The notes beneath the pieces were generated by a model. That model had not been told where the DNA came from and searched no databases. It was given only the letters and a program-made list of their open reading frames with translations. DNA of 28,288 nt, from NCBI GenBank assembly GCA_963837175.1, contig CAWIMJ010000006.1, forward strand, positions 1 through 28,288. The letters are read 5' to 3'. Position numbers and translations under genes: made by a program. The DNA comes from an uncultured Nitrososphaeraceae archaeon (GTDB lineage Archaea > Thermoproteota > Nitrososphaeria > Nitrososphaerales > Nitrososphaeraceae). Within the stretch, counting starts at the first letter, position 1. The number at the start of each line of letters is the position of its first letter. Positions 1 to 10,018 of this stretch are shown one piece after another.

Positions 1-282
1 ATTATAATTATATATAATAGCAAACGATTTGCAGTGAAGAATAAGCAATATTTATTATTAGAATATGCCAATTTAAAGTAAAGGATGTAAAAAAAGAAAA
101 TATGTAGTGAAAAACCTATATTTCCATCACTACAAAAATATTCTTCCATCTTTTCGCTTGGTATAAGAATGACTTATTCTTATTCCTTCTGTACCGTAAT
201 TTAATTAACTTGTGGTAATTTGGTTTCCCAAAAAGGTGCTAAAGGATATAGAATAAATAACGTTAGTTTAAAAATGTATTAC

Positions 283-546
283 ATGGAATGCGCAGTTTAT
301 GATACCTATGTAAAAAGGAAAGATGGAAAGACTATGCATTTTGATGTGGTTGTAGAAGCAAGTACTCCTCATGAAAAGGCAATCGAATACGGTAAACAGT
401 ATCTAGAAGATGCAGGTCAAGCAGATCAAAAAATGACACAAGAAGAATGTCAATTTTGTCACATTCAAGAGGCACCCTCTATGGTTGAAAAGGATATCTT
501 ATCAAAAGGGTATTATATACAGAAGATGGAGGGATGCCCTACATAA
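283..546 (+). CDS. DUF2024-family small protein
   Basis: MECAVYDTYVKRKDGKTMHFDVVV...CQFCH matches the DUF2024 pattern as I recall it (VYDTYV, MHFDV, CxFCH). ATG at 283 (or 274) is preferred over the TTG at 220. Confidence 0.8.
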   Translation: MECAVYDTYVKRKDGKTMHFDVVVEASTPHEKAIEYGKQYLEDAGQADQKMTQEECQFCHIQEAPSMVEKDILSKGYYIQKMEGCPT

Positions 547-700
547 CATTTTAATTTATATGCTCAAGATGTTGGGCTGGCAATTTCAAACTATTAATAA
601 AATATTTACAAATATGTTAATAATTGCTGAAGGTTTTTATAAAAATTCTGTTTTCCCATAAAGTAATACAGAATACGCAATCTAGTTTAGAAGTACCTAA

Positions 701-2062
701 TTGTTAATAGAAGAAAAAATGGATATAGATGGATATAAAGGAAGAAGCTTGAAATTGATCTCCGAGTCGGAGGTTTCCGTAGGAGATACTATCAATGTAA
801 AGACAAATGATGGTGAATTTACGGGTATTATAATGCCTAGATATGAGTTGGCTGACAAAAATCACATAGTTATAAAATTGAAAAGTGGATATAATATTGG
901 GATCAATATAGCCAATATTCAGTCAGTAACTAAAATAATACAGAAACCAGATCAAAATGTTTCTGTTGAGACATTTAAAAAAGAGCACCTGAAAGAGGTT
1001 GAAGGACTCCCAAAAATTGCGCTTGTCAGTACTGGCGGAACAATTGCAAGTAAAATAGATTACAGAACAGGAGGAGTCAGCTCAGCTCTTTCAGCATCTG
1101 AGTTGTATGCTTCTGTTCCTGAACTTGAAAAGTATGCTTCAATAGATACCGACATAATATTAAATGAATATAGTGAAAATTTAAAACCAGAACACTGGAC
1201 TATGATTGCGAACAAAATAGCCGAAAAGGTAAAGTCAAATATCTATCGTGGAATAATTGTTTCACATGGAACTGATACAATGCACTATACAGCATCAGCA
1301 CTCAGTTTCGCATTACAAAATCTTCCTATACCTGTTGTAATAGTTGGAGCGCAACGATCTTCTGACAGGCCTTCATCTGATGCTGCTCTTAATCTTATTA
1401 GCGCTACAATATTTGTGACTAAATCTGAATTTTCTGGAGTTTTTGTTGCTATGCATGCTAACTCTTCAGATGAGACAATTGCGTGCCATGTAGGTACTCG
1501 CGTAAGAAAGAATCATACAAGTAGACGCGATGCATTTGAATCGATAGATATTACACCTGTGGCCATGATAAAGGGGGACAAGGTAGAAATACATACAGAA
1601 CAGTCTGAAATAAAATTACAGAAGAGAAATGTGGATAGCAGTAGTTTTTTAGTCAAACCAGATTTTAATAGTAAAGTTATTTTGTTAAAATACTATCCCG
1701 GATTTGATCCTTACTTAATAACCTATGCCATGCTGTCTGGTTACAAAGCAATCATAGTTGAAGGAACAGGACTTGGTCATATAAGTAGAGAATGTTTTCC
1801 TCAAATACAAAAGGCAGTCGAATCTGGAGTAATGATCTTTATGACTTCTCAATGTATCTGGGGGAGAATTAGAATGACTGTCTATGATACAGGCAGAGAT
1901 TTACTTGATATGGGTGTGATTCCCTTATCCAATATAACATCAGAGACTGCCATGGTAAAAGCAATGTGGGTGCTCGCAAATCACAAAGACATCGAATTCG
2001 CCAGGAAAATGATGCAAGAGAATATTGCTAATGAGATATGTAGAGTTATTCCTATTTCATAA
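701..2062 (+). CDS. gatD: Glu-tRNA(Gln) amidotransferase subunit D
   Basis: N-terminal GatD domain (KLKSGYNIG) plus asparaginase motifs STGGTIAS, HGTDT and SQC; directly upstream of gatE. Start may be ATG 719. Confidence 0.96.
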   Translation: MLIEEKMDIDGYKGRSLKLISESEVSVGDTINVKTNDGEFTGIIMPRYELADKNHIVIKLKSGYNIGINIANIQSVTKIIQKPDQNVSVETFKKEHLKEVEGLPKIALVSTGGTIASKIDYRTGGVSSALSASELYASVPELEKYASIDTDIILNEYSENLKPEHWTMIANKIAEKVKSNIYRGIIVSHGTDTMHYTASALSFALQNLPIPVVIVGAQRSSDRPSSDAALNLISATIFVTKSEFSGVFVAMHANSSDETIACHVGTRVRKNHTSRRDAFESIDITPVAMIKGDKVEIHTEQSEIKLQKRNVDSSSFLVKPDFNSKVILLKYYPGFDPYLITYAMLSGYKAIIVEGTGLGHISRECFPQIQKAVESGVMIFMTSQCIWGRIRMTVYDTGRDLLDMGVIPLSNITSETAMVKAMWVLANHKDIEFARKMMQENIANEICRVIPIS

Positions 2063-2096
2063 GCAAGGCTTAAAAGATATCCAAATATTAATGTAA

Positions 2097-4034
2097 ATGG
2101 GTGGCAGTACAATCAATCCAGCAGCTATTAATTTAAAAGTTGGTTTTGAAATCCACCAGCAATTATCCACTAAGAGCAAGCTATTTTGTGATTGTCACTG
2201 CGAAGAGACTGAAAAATATGGTTTTAACTTTATTCGCAAGTTGCGGCCAACTCAAAGCGAACTTGGCATTTATGATCCTGCAGCGCTTTTTGAATTCATG
2301 AAAATGCGTACCATAAAATATCATGCCACCACAGGTTCTAGTTGCCTTGTAGAGGCAGATGAGGAACCACCACATGAAGTTAATAAAGAAGCAATTGAAA
2401 CTGCATTGATATTTTCCCTTGCGCTCCAGTCTAAGATCATAGATGAGATTCATGTCATGCGTAAAATCGTAATTGATGGATCGAATACCAGTGGTTTTCA
2501 GCGTACTATGTTGGTTGCCGCTGGAGGATATCTGAATATAAACAATAAAAAGGTTGGTATACAAAGTATTTGTCTCGAAGAAGACGCAGCCAAGCTTATT
2601 TCAGATGATGGAACAATTAAAGAATATGGATTAGATAGATTAGGTGTGCCGCTAGTTGAGATTGCGCTTGAGCCAGTAACTGGGAAACCCGAAGAAATTG
2701 CAGAAATTGCACTCACTCTGGGCAGGCTATTACGAGCAAGTAAAAGAGTTGCCAGAGGACTTGGTAGCATCAGGCAGGACATTAATATTTCACTAGATAA
2801 CGGCGCAATTGTAGAGGTAAAAGGTGTGCAGCGTCTTGATCAGCTGGTTAAAGTAATTGAATATGAAATGCTCAGGCAACATGGTTTGATTCTAATTGCT
2901 CAAAAACTAAAAAGAGATAGAAAACCCGAAGAAATTGTAATTGGAGACAGAATTGAAGATATAACAGATATTCTAATAAAGTCACACTCCGACATAGTAA
3001 AAAGGTCACTTGCTGATAAGAATGGCGGTATTTTCAAGGCCATCAGAGTAAAAGGTTTTGGTGGCATAATAGGCTTTGAGCCATACCCTGATATTAGAAT
3101 AGGAAAACATCTAGGCGAATTAGTTAGATTTTACAGTCTAGGAGGAGTATTACATTCTGACGAGTTGCCAAACCATGACATCACAGCGGAGATGGTTGAA
3201 GCAGTTAGAAAGAAATTAGACATAGTCGTAGGCACGGATGCTTTCGTAATTGTAGGCGGACCAAAAGATAAGGTAGAATTTGCAGTGGAAGCTATAACTG
3301 AAAGATTGAAAATGACGATAATAGGCGTACCTGCAGAAACACGCGCAGCAACATTGGAAGGTAAAACTTTTTTCAGCAGACCAAGGCCTGGAGCAGCGAG
3401 GATGTATCCTGAGACAGATATACCGCCCATTCCAATAGACAATTCATTACTTAACTCGTTATCAAGCAAAATACCGAAATCTTGGGATGATAGCATTAAA
3501 ATTCTTGCTGAGAAATATAGTTTGAATAAAAAGATTGCAGAGCAGATTTTTGATTCTAATTATTTTACTGCCTTTGAGAAAATTGTAGCCTCAGTAAAAA
3601 TAGAGCCAACTTTTGTGGCATCAAAACTTACTGAAGATCTTGTTAATTTTGAGCGACAAGGATTTGATACAATGCTATTGACCGAAGACATTCTTATGGA
3701 TGTCTTCAGGAAGCTTGATACGAGTATCATAGCAAAGGAGTCAATAGTTTTAATTTTTGAAAAGATCTTGAGAAAAGAGGTTAAAACAGTTGAGGAAGCA
3801 ATCACAGCGCTTGGAATAACATCTATTACCGATCAAGAATTGAACATGGCAATTGATAGAATTTTGGAACAAAATATATCAATTATTAGAGAGAAAGGAA
3901 TTGGATCAAGCGGAATGTTGATGGGTCGAATTATGGCCATTCTTAGGGGCAAGGTAGATGGTCAAAAAATTAATTCAGTGTTAAGAGAAAGGTTAGAGCA
4001 GAAGATTAAAGCTAACAGAACAATGGAACAATAA
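2097..4034 (+). CDS. gatE: Glu-tRNA(Gln) amidotransferase subunit E
   Basis: GFEIHQQL, MRKIVIDGSNTSGFQRT, LEEDAA, LDRLGVPLVEI, RPRPGAARMYPETDIPP, and the HSDELP insertion domain; paired with gatD. Confidence 0.97.
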   Translation: MGGSTINPAAINLKVGFEIHQQLSTKSKLFCDCHCEETEKYGFNFIRKLRPTQSELGIYDPAALFEFMKMRTIKYHATTGSSCLVEADEEPPHEVNKEAIETALIFSLALQSKIIDEIHVMRKIVIDGSNTSGFQRTMLVAAGGYLNINNKKVGIQSICLEEDAAKLISDDGTIKEYGLDRLGVPLVEIALEPVTGKPEEIAEIALTLGRLLRASKRVARGLGSIRQDINISLDNGAIVEVKGVQRLDQLVKVIEYEMLRQHGLILIAQKLKRDRKPEEIVIGDRIEDITDILIKSHSDIVKRSLADKNGGIFKAIRVKGFGGIIGFEPYPDIRIGKHLGELVRFYSLGGVLHSDELPNHDITAEMVEAVRKKLDIVVGTDAFVIVGGPKDKVEFAVEAITERLKMTIIGVPAETRAATLEGKTFFSRPRPGAARMYPETDIPPIPIDNSLLNSLSSKIPKSWDDSIKILAEKYSLNKKIAEQIFDSNYFTAFEKIVASVKIEPTFVASKLTEDLVNFERQGFDTMLLTEDILMDVFRKLDTSIIAKESIVLIFEKILRKEVKTVEEAITALGITSITDQELNMAIDRILEQNISIIREKGIGSSGMLMGRIMAILRGKVDGQKINSVLRERLEQKIKANRTMEQ

Positions 4035-4304
4035 TTATGTATTGCATAAGACGGCCTATAGAAATATTTAGTTTTGATACTTAAAGGAAAAATAAGTCAG
4101 TTTGGGAATATTAAAATAAAATCTGAGAAATATAAAAGAATTACCAAAAAGGCAACGAACATACTTATTAGGGAATTTCCTTTTGATTCTTCACGTTCCT
4201 CCCTCTCATTTACCTAGGAGTAAATTTCTTTATATTAAAAGTCAGTTAGATTATTGACAAAAAGTCATTTTAGTACTGTAGAGTGGATATTGCCTTAAGT
4301 ATTA

Positions 4305-5175
4305 GAGCCTATCCCAAAAATAGATAGGCATTTAGCTTGAAGATATCTGATTATACATGTGAGTTGTCTTAGTAGGAGAGGGAGACATCTTCCCACTATT
4401 AAAAAGATTCCAGATAATCATAGTATGAGATCAAACTGATACTTCCATAAGAAAAACGGAATAATACCATAGGAAGTCCTGTAGTTCAGTTTAGAAAAGC
4501 ACTAAATGGTATTCTATATGTTAAGAACCGGATGCCAAAGGAAGATATTGCCAAAAGAGTATGTTCTGGTTCCACATATCATAAAAGATTTCAGGACATG
4601 ACGATGGCTTGGAGTATTTCAGAAACTGTGGATCAGATTATTGGAAATATATGACTATGTCAGGAGCATCGAATAGAAATGGCAGTCATTAGACAGCATA
4701 TCTATAAAGGCACCTTTAGGGGGACATGACTGGTCCAAATCCTACAGATAGAGGTAATCTTGAACAAAGCGTCATGTAATTAAAGACAAGAGAGGTGTTC
4801 CATTATCTGTGTCTCCACAGCTGCCAATACTCATGACATGAAGGCTGCAACAGATACGCTGGATAATGTGATAGTTGATAGACCGTTAAAGAAACTGAAT
4901 CTGTGTTGTGACAAAGGATACGACTTTCCACAAATAGGAAGAGAATCTAGCAAAAGAAGATACATCCCCGCATATTCGTCACAGAGGTGAAGAAAAAGAA
5001 ATGATAAAGTAGGATATCCATCAAGGAGATGGGTTGTAGGAAGAACCAATTCATTAGCATAACAGGTTCAGAAAGTTATTAGTAAGGTACGAAAAGAAAT
5101 CAGCGAACTATCTTGCACTGGTTTGTTTAGCTTGCTGTATTATTGTCTATAGGAGGATAATTTTGGGATAGGCTC
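4305..5175 (+). mobile_element. IS5-family (IS1031-like) insertion sequence, 871 bp, with an inactivated transposase
   Basis: Perfect 15-bp terminal inverted repeats GAGCCTATCCCAAAA (4305-4319 and 5161-5175) flanked by a TTA target duplication (4302-4304 and 5176-5178). Transposase fragments in shifting frames (FRKALNGILYV, RWVVGRTNS, NRFRKLLVRYEKKSANYLALVCLACCIIVYRRIILG*) with several frameshifts and stops. Confidence 0.92.
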
Positions 5176-5381
5176 TTAGTTATAGTTGGAACTCGAATTC
5201 TGTCAAGATTCTATTTTTGTTTATAACTGATTCATATATCTTGAGTATTCGTACTGTTATGCCAGCCAGCTGAGAAGTTTTAGTGGAATTTTTAACTTAT
5301 TTTTGAAATAAATACATACATGTATCAACTATATTTTATATATAGATAATTAGAAAGTTGAATAGGATAAGTATATTGAGC

Positions 5382-5516
5382 ATGGCCAAAAATTCAAAAT
5401 TGAAAATATGTCCTATCTGTGGTTGTACTGAACACAGATTGATAGGATGCATCACTCACTGGAATAACCATAAAAAGAATATCGAAGGAAAATGTGAAAC
5501 GCGGGATGAAAGATAG
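5382..5516 (+). CDS. Putative 44-aa zinc-finger microprotein
   Basis: Absent from the ORF track. MAKNSKLKICPICGCTEHRLIGCITHWNNHKKNIEGKCETRDER* has C-x2-C-x12-H-x3-H spacing; TATA-like TTTTATATATA about 40 bp upstream. Confidence 0.6.
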   Translation: MAKNSKLKICPICGCTEHRLIGCITHWNNHKKNIEGKCETRDER

Positions 5517-5530
5517 ACACTATTCTTCTA

Positions 5531-6133
5531 CTATTTGAGTTCATAGAGAGCAATTGATAGTTTAAATGCGAGCTTTTCGTCTGTCTTCTCTGCTATTGGA
5601 ACAATATACTTCTGAGTTTCCAGTTTGTATCGTAGCATTTTATCCTTATGAATTAGATTCTTCATACCTCTAATGTTATCTAGTCGATCCGCTAGCTTTA
5701 TGTACCTAATAGATTCAGAACCATTTGCGATATTTTGAAAATACTCATTTAACATTTTTAACTTCTTTTCATTTATTATTTTCGGCTTTGTAAGTGCATG
5801 GACTATACTATATATATTGTCCCCAAATTCTTTTCTTAATTGCTCTCCTGATATACAACTATTATCATTTTTTTCTAAGACATCATGTAAAAGAGCAGCA
5901 CAAATGAGATCTACATCATGTATATTCAACTCTTCTATTAGAATGAGAGCAACCCTAAGAGGATGATTAATATATGGTTCTACCTTGTTGCCATTTCTAA
6001 ATTGTCCTGTATGTGCCTTTGTCGCTAAACTAAATGCTCTAGTTATCTTTACAATATCATCTATTGAATCCTCATATGGTTTTAATAGTTTAGCAAATCC
6101 GAACTTTGTAAAATCATTAAAGCTCCATTTCAT
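5531..6133 (-). CDS. HD-domain hydrolase, Mesh1/small alarmone hydrolase-like
   Basis: AHTGQFR, EPYINHPLRVA, AALLHDVLE and IKLADRLDN match the RelA/SpoT hydrolase domain; no synthetase domain. Confidence 0.85.
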   Translation of the reverse strand: MKWSFNDFTKFGFAKLLKPYEDSIDDIVKITRAFSLATKAHTGQFRNGNKVEPYINHPLRVALILIEELNIHDVDLICAALLHDVLEKNDNSCISGEQLRKEFGDNIYSIVHALTKPKIINEKKLKMLNEYFQNIANGSESIRYIKLADRLDNIRGMKNLIHKDKMLRYKLETQKYIVPIAEKTDEKLAFKLSIALYELK

Positions 6134-6594
6134 ATAACATGTACATCAGTAACACTGTAGATAATATTAGTTAATGTATATATCTACGTAGATCTTGAAT
6201 AACTATATGTAATTAGAAAAAGTGTACCTTTTAAAGTAGCATATAACTCTGATTTATTATATATAATCAGTTATCATTGGTCGCAATCTAAAGCAGAGAG
6301 GCAATAGTGGAATGATTATCTTTCACAAGTGTGGCATTTGTAGACAATAATAATAATATTCATATAGCACATAGCGATGGGCAATATCAAGTAGATAATA
6401 GTACAAATATCTATATTATCCAAGCCAGTAGATTATTTTGAGCTTTATACAAATCATTCTAAGAATACAACTATCGTTCTGATATATTTATTCATTCAGA
6501 AATTTATTACTCCACTCCTCAGTATGAATAATCTGAGAATCACCCATCTCGGACTATAATTCTTCTTGATCTTCAGTAGTCTTTGTAATATCTT

Positions 6595-6870
6595 CTAATA
6601 ATGAATTATTTTGGACAGCCAAAAGGTCATTCTCTGCAGTATTTGGGCTAGGGGTGTTGGCTGTTGGTGTTGGTGTTTTGTTCTTGTTCTTGTTCTTGTT
6701 CTTGTTCTTGTTCTTGTTCTTGTTCCTCTGGAAACTTTCTTTTGACGTGCTGTTGGGCCTGTCTTCTTTGTATTTGTCTTCTTTTTCAGATTAGCCTTAG
6801 ATTTCTTAGAGGTCTTAGTCTGTCTTCCATTTTTTCTTTTCTTCGATTTGATTTTACTTACCATATACAT
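6595..6870 (-). CDS. Lys/Arg-rich low-complexity basic protein, possibly frameshifted at 6676-6679 and really ending at 6554
   Basis: MVSKIKSKKRKNGRQTKTSKKSK... followed by an (RT)n tract. One extra A on the coding strand would continue into TPTPTANTPSPNTAENDLL...EDQEEL*. Confidence 0.5.
   Translation of the reverse strand: MYMVSKIKSKKRKNGRQTKTSKKSKANLKKKTNTKKTGPTARQKKVSRGTRTRTRTRTRTRTRTKHQHQQPTPLAQILQRMTFWLSKIIHY
6678..6725. repeat. Hexanucleotide microsatellite (TTGTTC)x8
   Basis: Eight perfect tandem copies read directly; they encode the RT repeat on the minus strand. Confidence 0.95.
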
Positions 6871-7133
6871 TAGTAGTTAACTACTCATTCTTATATTAAT
6901 CGAAAAAAATATTAAAAAATTGTACATTTAATCATAGTAAATGTGGATGTGAATACATTAACTAATTCTATGTCATCAAAGATATAATATTGTTAAAATA
7001 AAATTACTAGAAATTTAATGTTTAAAGATGGATGAAGACCTATGCAGAATTAGGTTCTATCTAGATATCTGTTGTATTGACATAACAGCGAAATTCTAAG
7101 GGAAGATTCTAATCTTGCTGTTTAAATATCTTA

Positions 7134-7520
7134 TTAAATACTTTCTATTACTTTTGATATTATTTCCTGATATGATGTTGATAAAGATTCCAGGTAAACA
7201 CAAAGATATCTATCATTTCTGTTTGTTAATGACGTAATAGCGAGCTTTACATTATCAAACTCTGTTAATTTAAAATGAACTTTACCTGGCTCTGAGTCAA
7301 AATTTCTTCCTTTTATTGCAGGAGCCAAATATGATAAAAAGAAAGAATTACTTTTTTGTATATTTATAGAATTTGACTTAACCAAAGGACTTTGTATATT
7401 TTTTCTAAATTCTCCTACAAGTAATTTTCCGTCGCTATCTACTACGCCTGCATATTTCACAGCTTTACTTACACATAATACAATCAAACATATTTCATGG
7501 AGGAAATCGTGTTCTTCCAT
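7134..7520 (-). CDS. Thaumarchaeal hypothetical protein, DUF6659/roadblock-like
   Basis: VKYAGVVDSDGKLLVG and GKVHFKLTEFDNVKLAITSL...YLCVYLE resemble a roughly 130-aa family expanded in ammonia-oxidising archaea; the family name is from recall. Confidence 0.6.
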   Translation of the reverse strand: MEEHDFLHEICLIVLCVSKAVKYAGVVDSDGKLLVGEFRKNIQSPLVKSNSINIQKSNSFFLSYLAPAIKGRNFDSEPGKVHFKLTEFDNVKLAITSLTNRNDRYLCVYLESLSTSYQEIISKVIESI

Positions 7521-8128
7521 TGATTAAGCCTATTTTTAATTTCAATAATACCAAATAATAACTATTCGATTACATAAAAGGTGTAAACAATAAAATTTTA
7601 CACGTTGTTGTTTAAAAAGATGATGGAAACCAAAAAAAAGTTACATTAATCGTATTGTAGATATCAGTAGTTGTAATGTCATAATGCTAGAAAGAAAAGA
7701 TGATGGTATTCGTATTAATAACAACAATTTAACTGCTGATCCATCTATCCTACATTTTTTGCTTCAAACTGTTTAATCTCAAATAATGAGATTTAATTTA
7801 TATATGTTTTAAGGAATATGTACTAACTTATTTGCAGTCTATTTCTAAGATATTATCTGCCATAATGCATATCTGCATATAAATATAGAGAATATACAAG
7901 GAGATAGTCATTGTTAAGATGATTATAAATTATGAAATATGGTATAAGAAATGCATAATGAGTTAATTAGTGTACATTTTGTAAGTTATAATCAGTATTC
8001 ATACTACTGTATGCTAATTGATATATGTGAATACTCTGTTATTCATTATTATATATAAAATACTGCATTATGATATTTACATATAGATGAATTCTTATAG
8101 TTATATTATTGTATTGACAATTTTATTT

Positions 8129-8143
8129 GAAAACCTTATATTA
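8129..8143 (+). promoter_or_regulatory. Putative BRE-TATA promoter of the P-II gene
   Basis: GAAAAC-CTTATATTA 30-44 bp upstream of ATG 8173. The same AACCTTATA core occurs upstream of valS. Confidence 0.45.
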
Positions 8144-8172
8144 TGATATTATTATAACATTATAGCACAATC

Positions 8173-8520
8173 ATGAAACGCGTAGAAGCTATTATCGGTA
8201 GTGAGAAGGTTTTGGATGTTAATGAGGCATTGAAGAAAGTAGGAGTGAGTGGATGCACTATTCTTGATGCAAAGGGTAGAGGCAAGGGAGAAAAACCGAT
8301 GATAGAAAGTGGTAGAGGAACTGGAAAATTTGCGTCAGAATTCTCAGTTAGATCTAATATTGTTACAATAGTTGAAGAATCACAGGTAGACAAAGTCATT
8401 AACACAATACTTGATACCGTAAGCACTGGTTCTACAGGCGACGGCAAGATTTTCATTTCACCGATCAGTGATGCAATTGATATAGGCACTAAGAAACGCG
8501 GTGAAGTTGCTGTCCTATGA
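8173..8520 (+). CDS. P-II family signal transduction protein (GlnB/GlnK-like)
   Basis: MKRVEAII, KGRG, and the B-loop STGSTGDGKIFISPI; 115 aa. Confidence 0.93.
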   Translation: MKRVEAIIGSEKVLDVNEALKKVGVSGCTILDAKGRGKGEKPMIESGRGTGKFASEFSVRSNIVTIVEESQVDKVINTILDTVSTGSTGDGKIFISPISDAIDIGTKKRGEVAVL

Positions 8521-8560
8521 TAATTATAATATAAAAATAGACATATATCTATCTTTTATT

Positions 8561-10018
8561 CTAGTTTGTAAAGAATTTTTTTGTTTCTCCTAGCATTAGC
8601 ACCTCTGCTGCTGCGATCTTGACAACTATGGGCAAATCGCACACAATCTTTCCAATAGATAAACAATGGCGTTGGGGCAACGTTCTTACTATCGACCTAA
8701 CAGTATCATTATCTGCTAAAGACACTTTAGATATCTTGTCCAAGTCTGTATCGTTTGTAAAATTGAAGAGGAATATATTATCTACTTGTCGATAAATTCC
8801 ATCGCCGATAGCATCTGGCTGGTTTGTAATAAATGTTGTATAGATTCCAAAGTGTCTCATCCTAGTAACAATGTCTTCCCAATACGTATCCCTGACATAA
8901 AGATGAGCTTCTTCGGCAAATAGAAATATAGGTGGAATTGCTGTTTTCTCTAATAAGTCTACCAGTTTAGTCAATATTAGTTCTACAATCATTCTTCTTA
9001 CAATAGGCGCTGCTTTTCCCATGTTGACTATTAGTGCCGAACCTTTACGGTTTCTTGCAATCACGTTTTCAAACCTCAGATCATCGCCATCGCCATTATT
9101 AGAAAATAATTTAGAGCTATGAATTACATGATATCTTGAAATAAGTGCATCCCTTATCAATTCATTGATATTCCAAGTATTTATTGCATTGCCTAAAGCT
9201 TCAATTCTTAATGACTGTTTACTTTCAAGCGAATCCCATATTCTAAAAAATTCACGTAAGGATGCAGTGGGGGTATCAAGTGCATTTCTAAGCATACTAG
9301 ATACAGCTGTCTTGCCACAGTAATCAAGTGAGAATTTGAGTCCATTTCCAGGTTCCAGTACCATTATTCGATCCTTAATTGATGAAGGGGTTCCATCATG
9401 ATTCCAAGCTAGGCCACTATATTCATTGTTAAGATCAAATACAATTACAAATGCTCCATGTTGGACTAGTGTTTTAACTAGCATTTTGGAAAGATGAGAT
9501 TTGCCTGATTCTTTTTTCCCAGTAATAATATTTAGTCTGCCATCTAGGTCCTCTGCATAGATCTCGAATTCTTCATTTTCTGCCCCAGCGTCGCCAATTG
9601 GAATAGGAAAAATTCCTGTCCTTCCAAGAAAAGAGCATAGTTCAGAAATCTTTAACCGTCTTATTTTAGAATATACCCTTGATGGAAGCCATGTGACATC
9701 GCTTGATAATTTGCTTGATGAATCTATGGCAGCCCTTATTTTAGTGTGAAACAGTCTTGCATCTCTGATCATTCTTGAGAGACTACCAATATTGAGAGGA
9801 TCATGCAAATTTTCCATACTTGAAGCATTTACTACTTCATCCTTAACAATGTCCTCTATCAGAGATTGGGAGGAAAGATATTCCTCATCATAGATCTGAA
9901 CAATCATCTTTCTCTTTGAATTTTCATCTTCAATCAACAAATAATCACCCTTACTAGCTGTATCTGTTTGCATCGCTATCATAATTAGTTCGTTACCATT
10001 TTTTGATAAAATTTTCAT
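8561..10018 (-). CDS. herA: HerA/FtsK-family ATPase (HerA-like helicase)
   Basis: N-terminal HAS-barrel-like region (KGDYLLIED), Walker A GKKESGKS, VFDLNNEY, Walker B FAEEAH, RMRHFG arginine finger and TNQP. Start overlaps the nurA stop (ATGA). Confidence 0.85.
   Translation of the reverse strand: MKILSKNGNELIMIAMQTDTASKGDYLLIEDENSKRKMIVQIYDEEYLSSQSLIEDIVKDEVVNASSMENLHDPLNIGSLSRMIRDARLFHTKIRAAIDSSSKLSSDVTWLPSRVYSKIRRLKISELCSFLGRTGIFPIPIGDAGAENEEFEIYAEDLDGRLNIITGKKESGKSHLSKMLVKTLVQHGAFVIVFDLNNEYSGLAWNHDGTPSSIKDRIMVLEPGNGLKFSLDYCGKTAVSSMLRNALDTPTASLREFFRIWDSLESKQSLRIEALGNAINTWNINELIRDALISRYHVIHSSKLFSNNGDGDDLRFENVIARNRKGSALIVNMGKAAPIVRRMIVELILTKLVDLLEKTAIPPIFLFAEEAHLYVRDTYWEDIVTRMRHFGIYTTFITNQPDAIGDGIYRQVDNIFLFNFTNDTDLDKISKVSLADNDTVRSIVRTLPQRHCLSIGKIVCDLPIVVKIAAAEVLMLGETKKFFTN

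Noticed and set aside
2181-3805. Four minus-strand ORFs within gatE
   Set aside because: Antisense shadows of a highly conserved gene, with no motifs.
4831-5049. 72-aa minus-strand ORF
   Set aside because: Antisense to the IS5 transposase relic.
6320-6441. Short frame FTSVAFVDNNNNIHIAHSDG resembling a beta-propeller blade
   Set aside because: Too short, no clear start, and no further blades; cannot be supported without a search.
6664-6873. Cys-rich (CS)n ORF resembling a metallothionein
   Set aside because: The Cys-Ser run is just the opposite-strand reading of the TTGTTC microsatellite.
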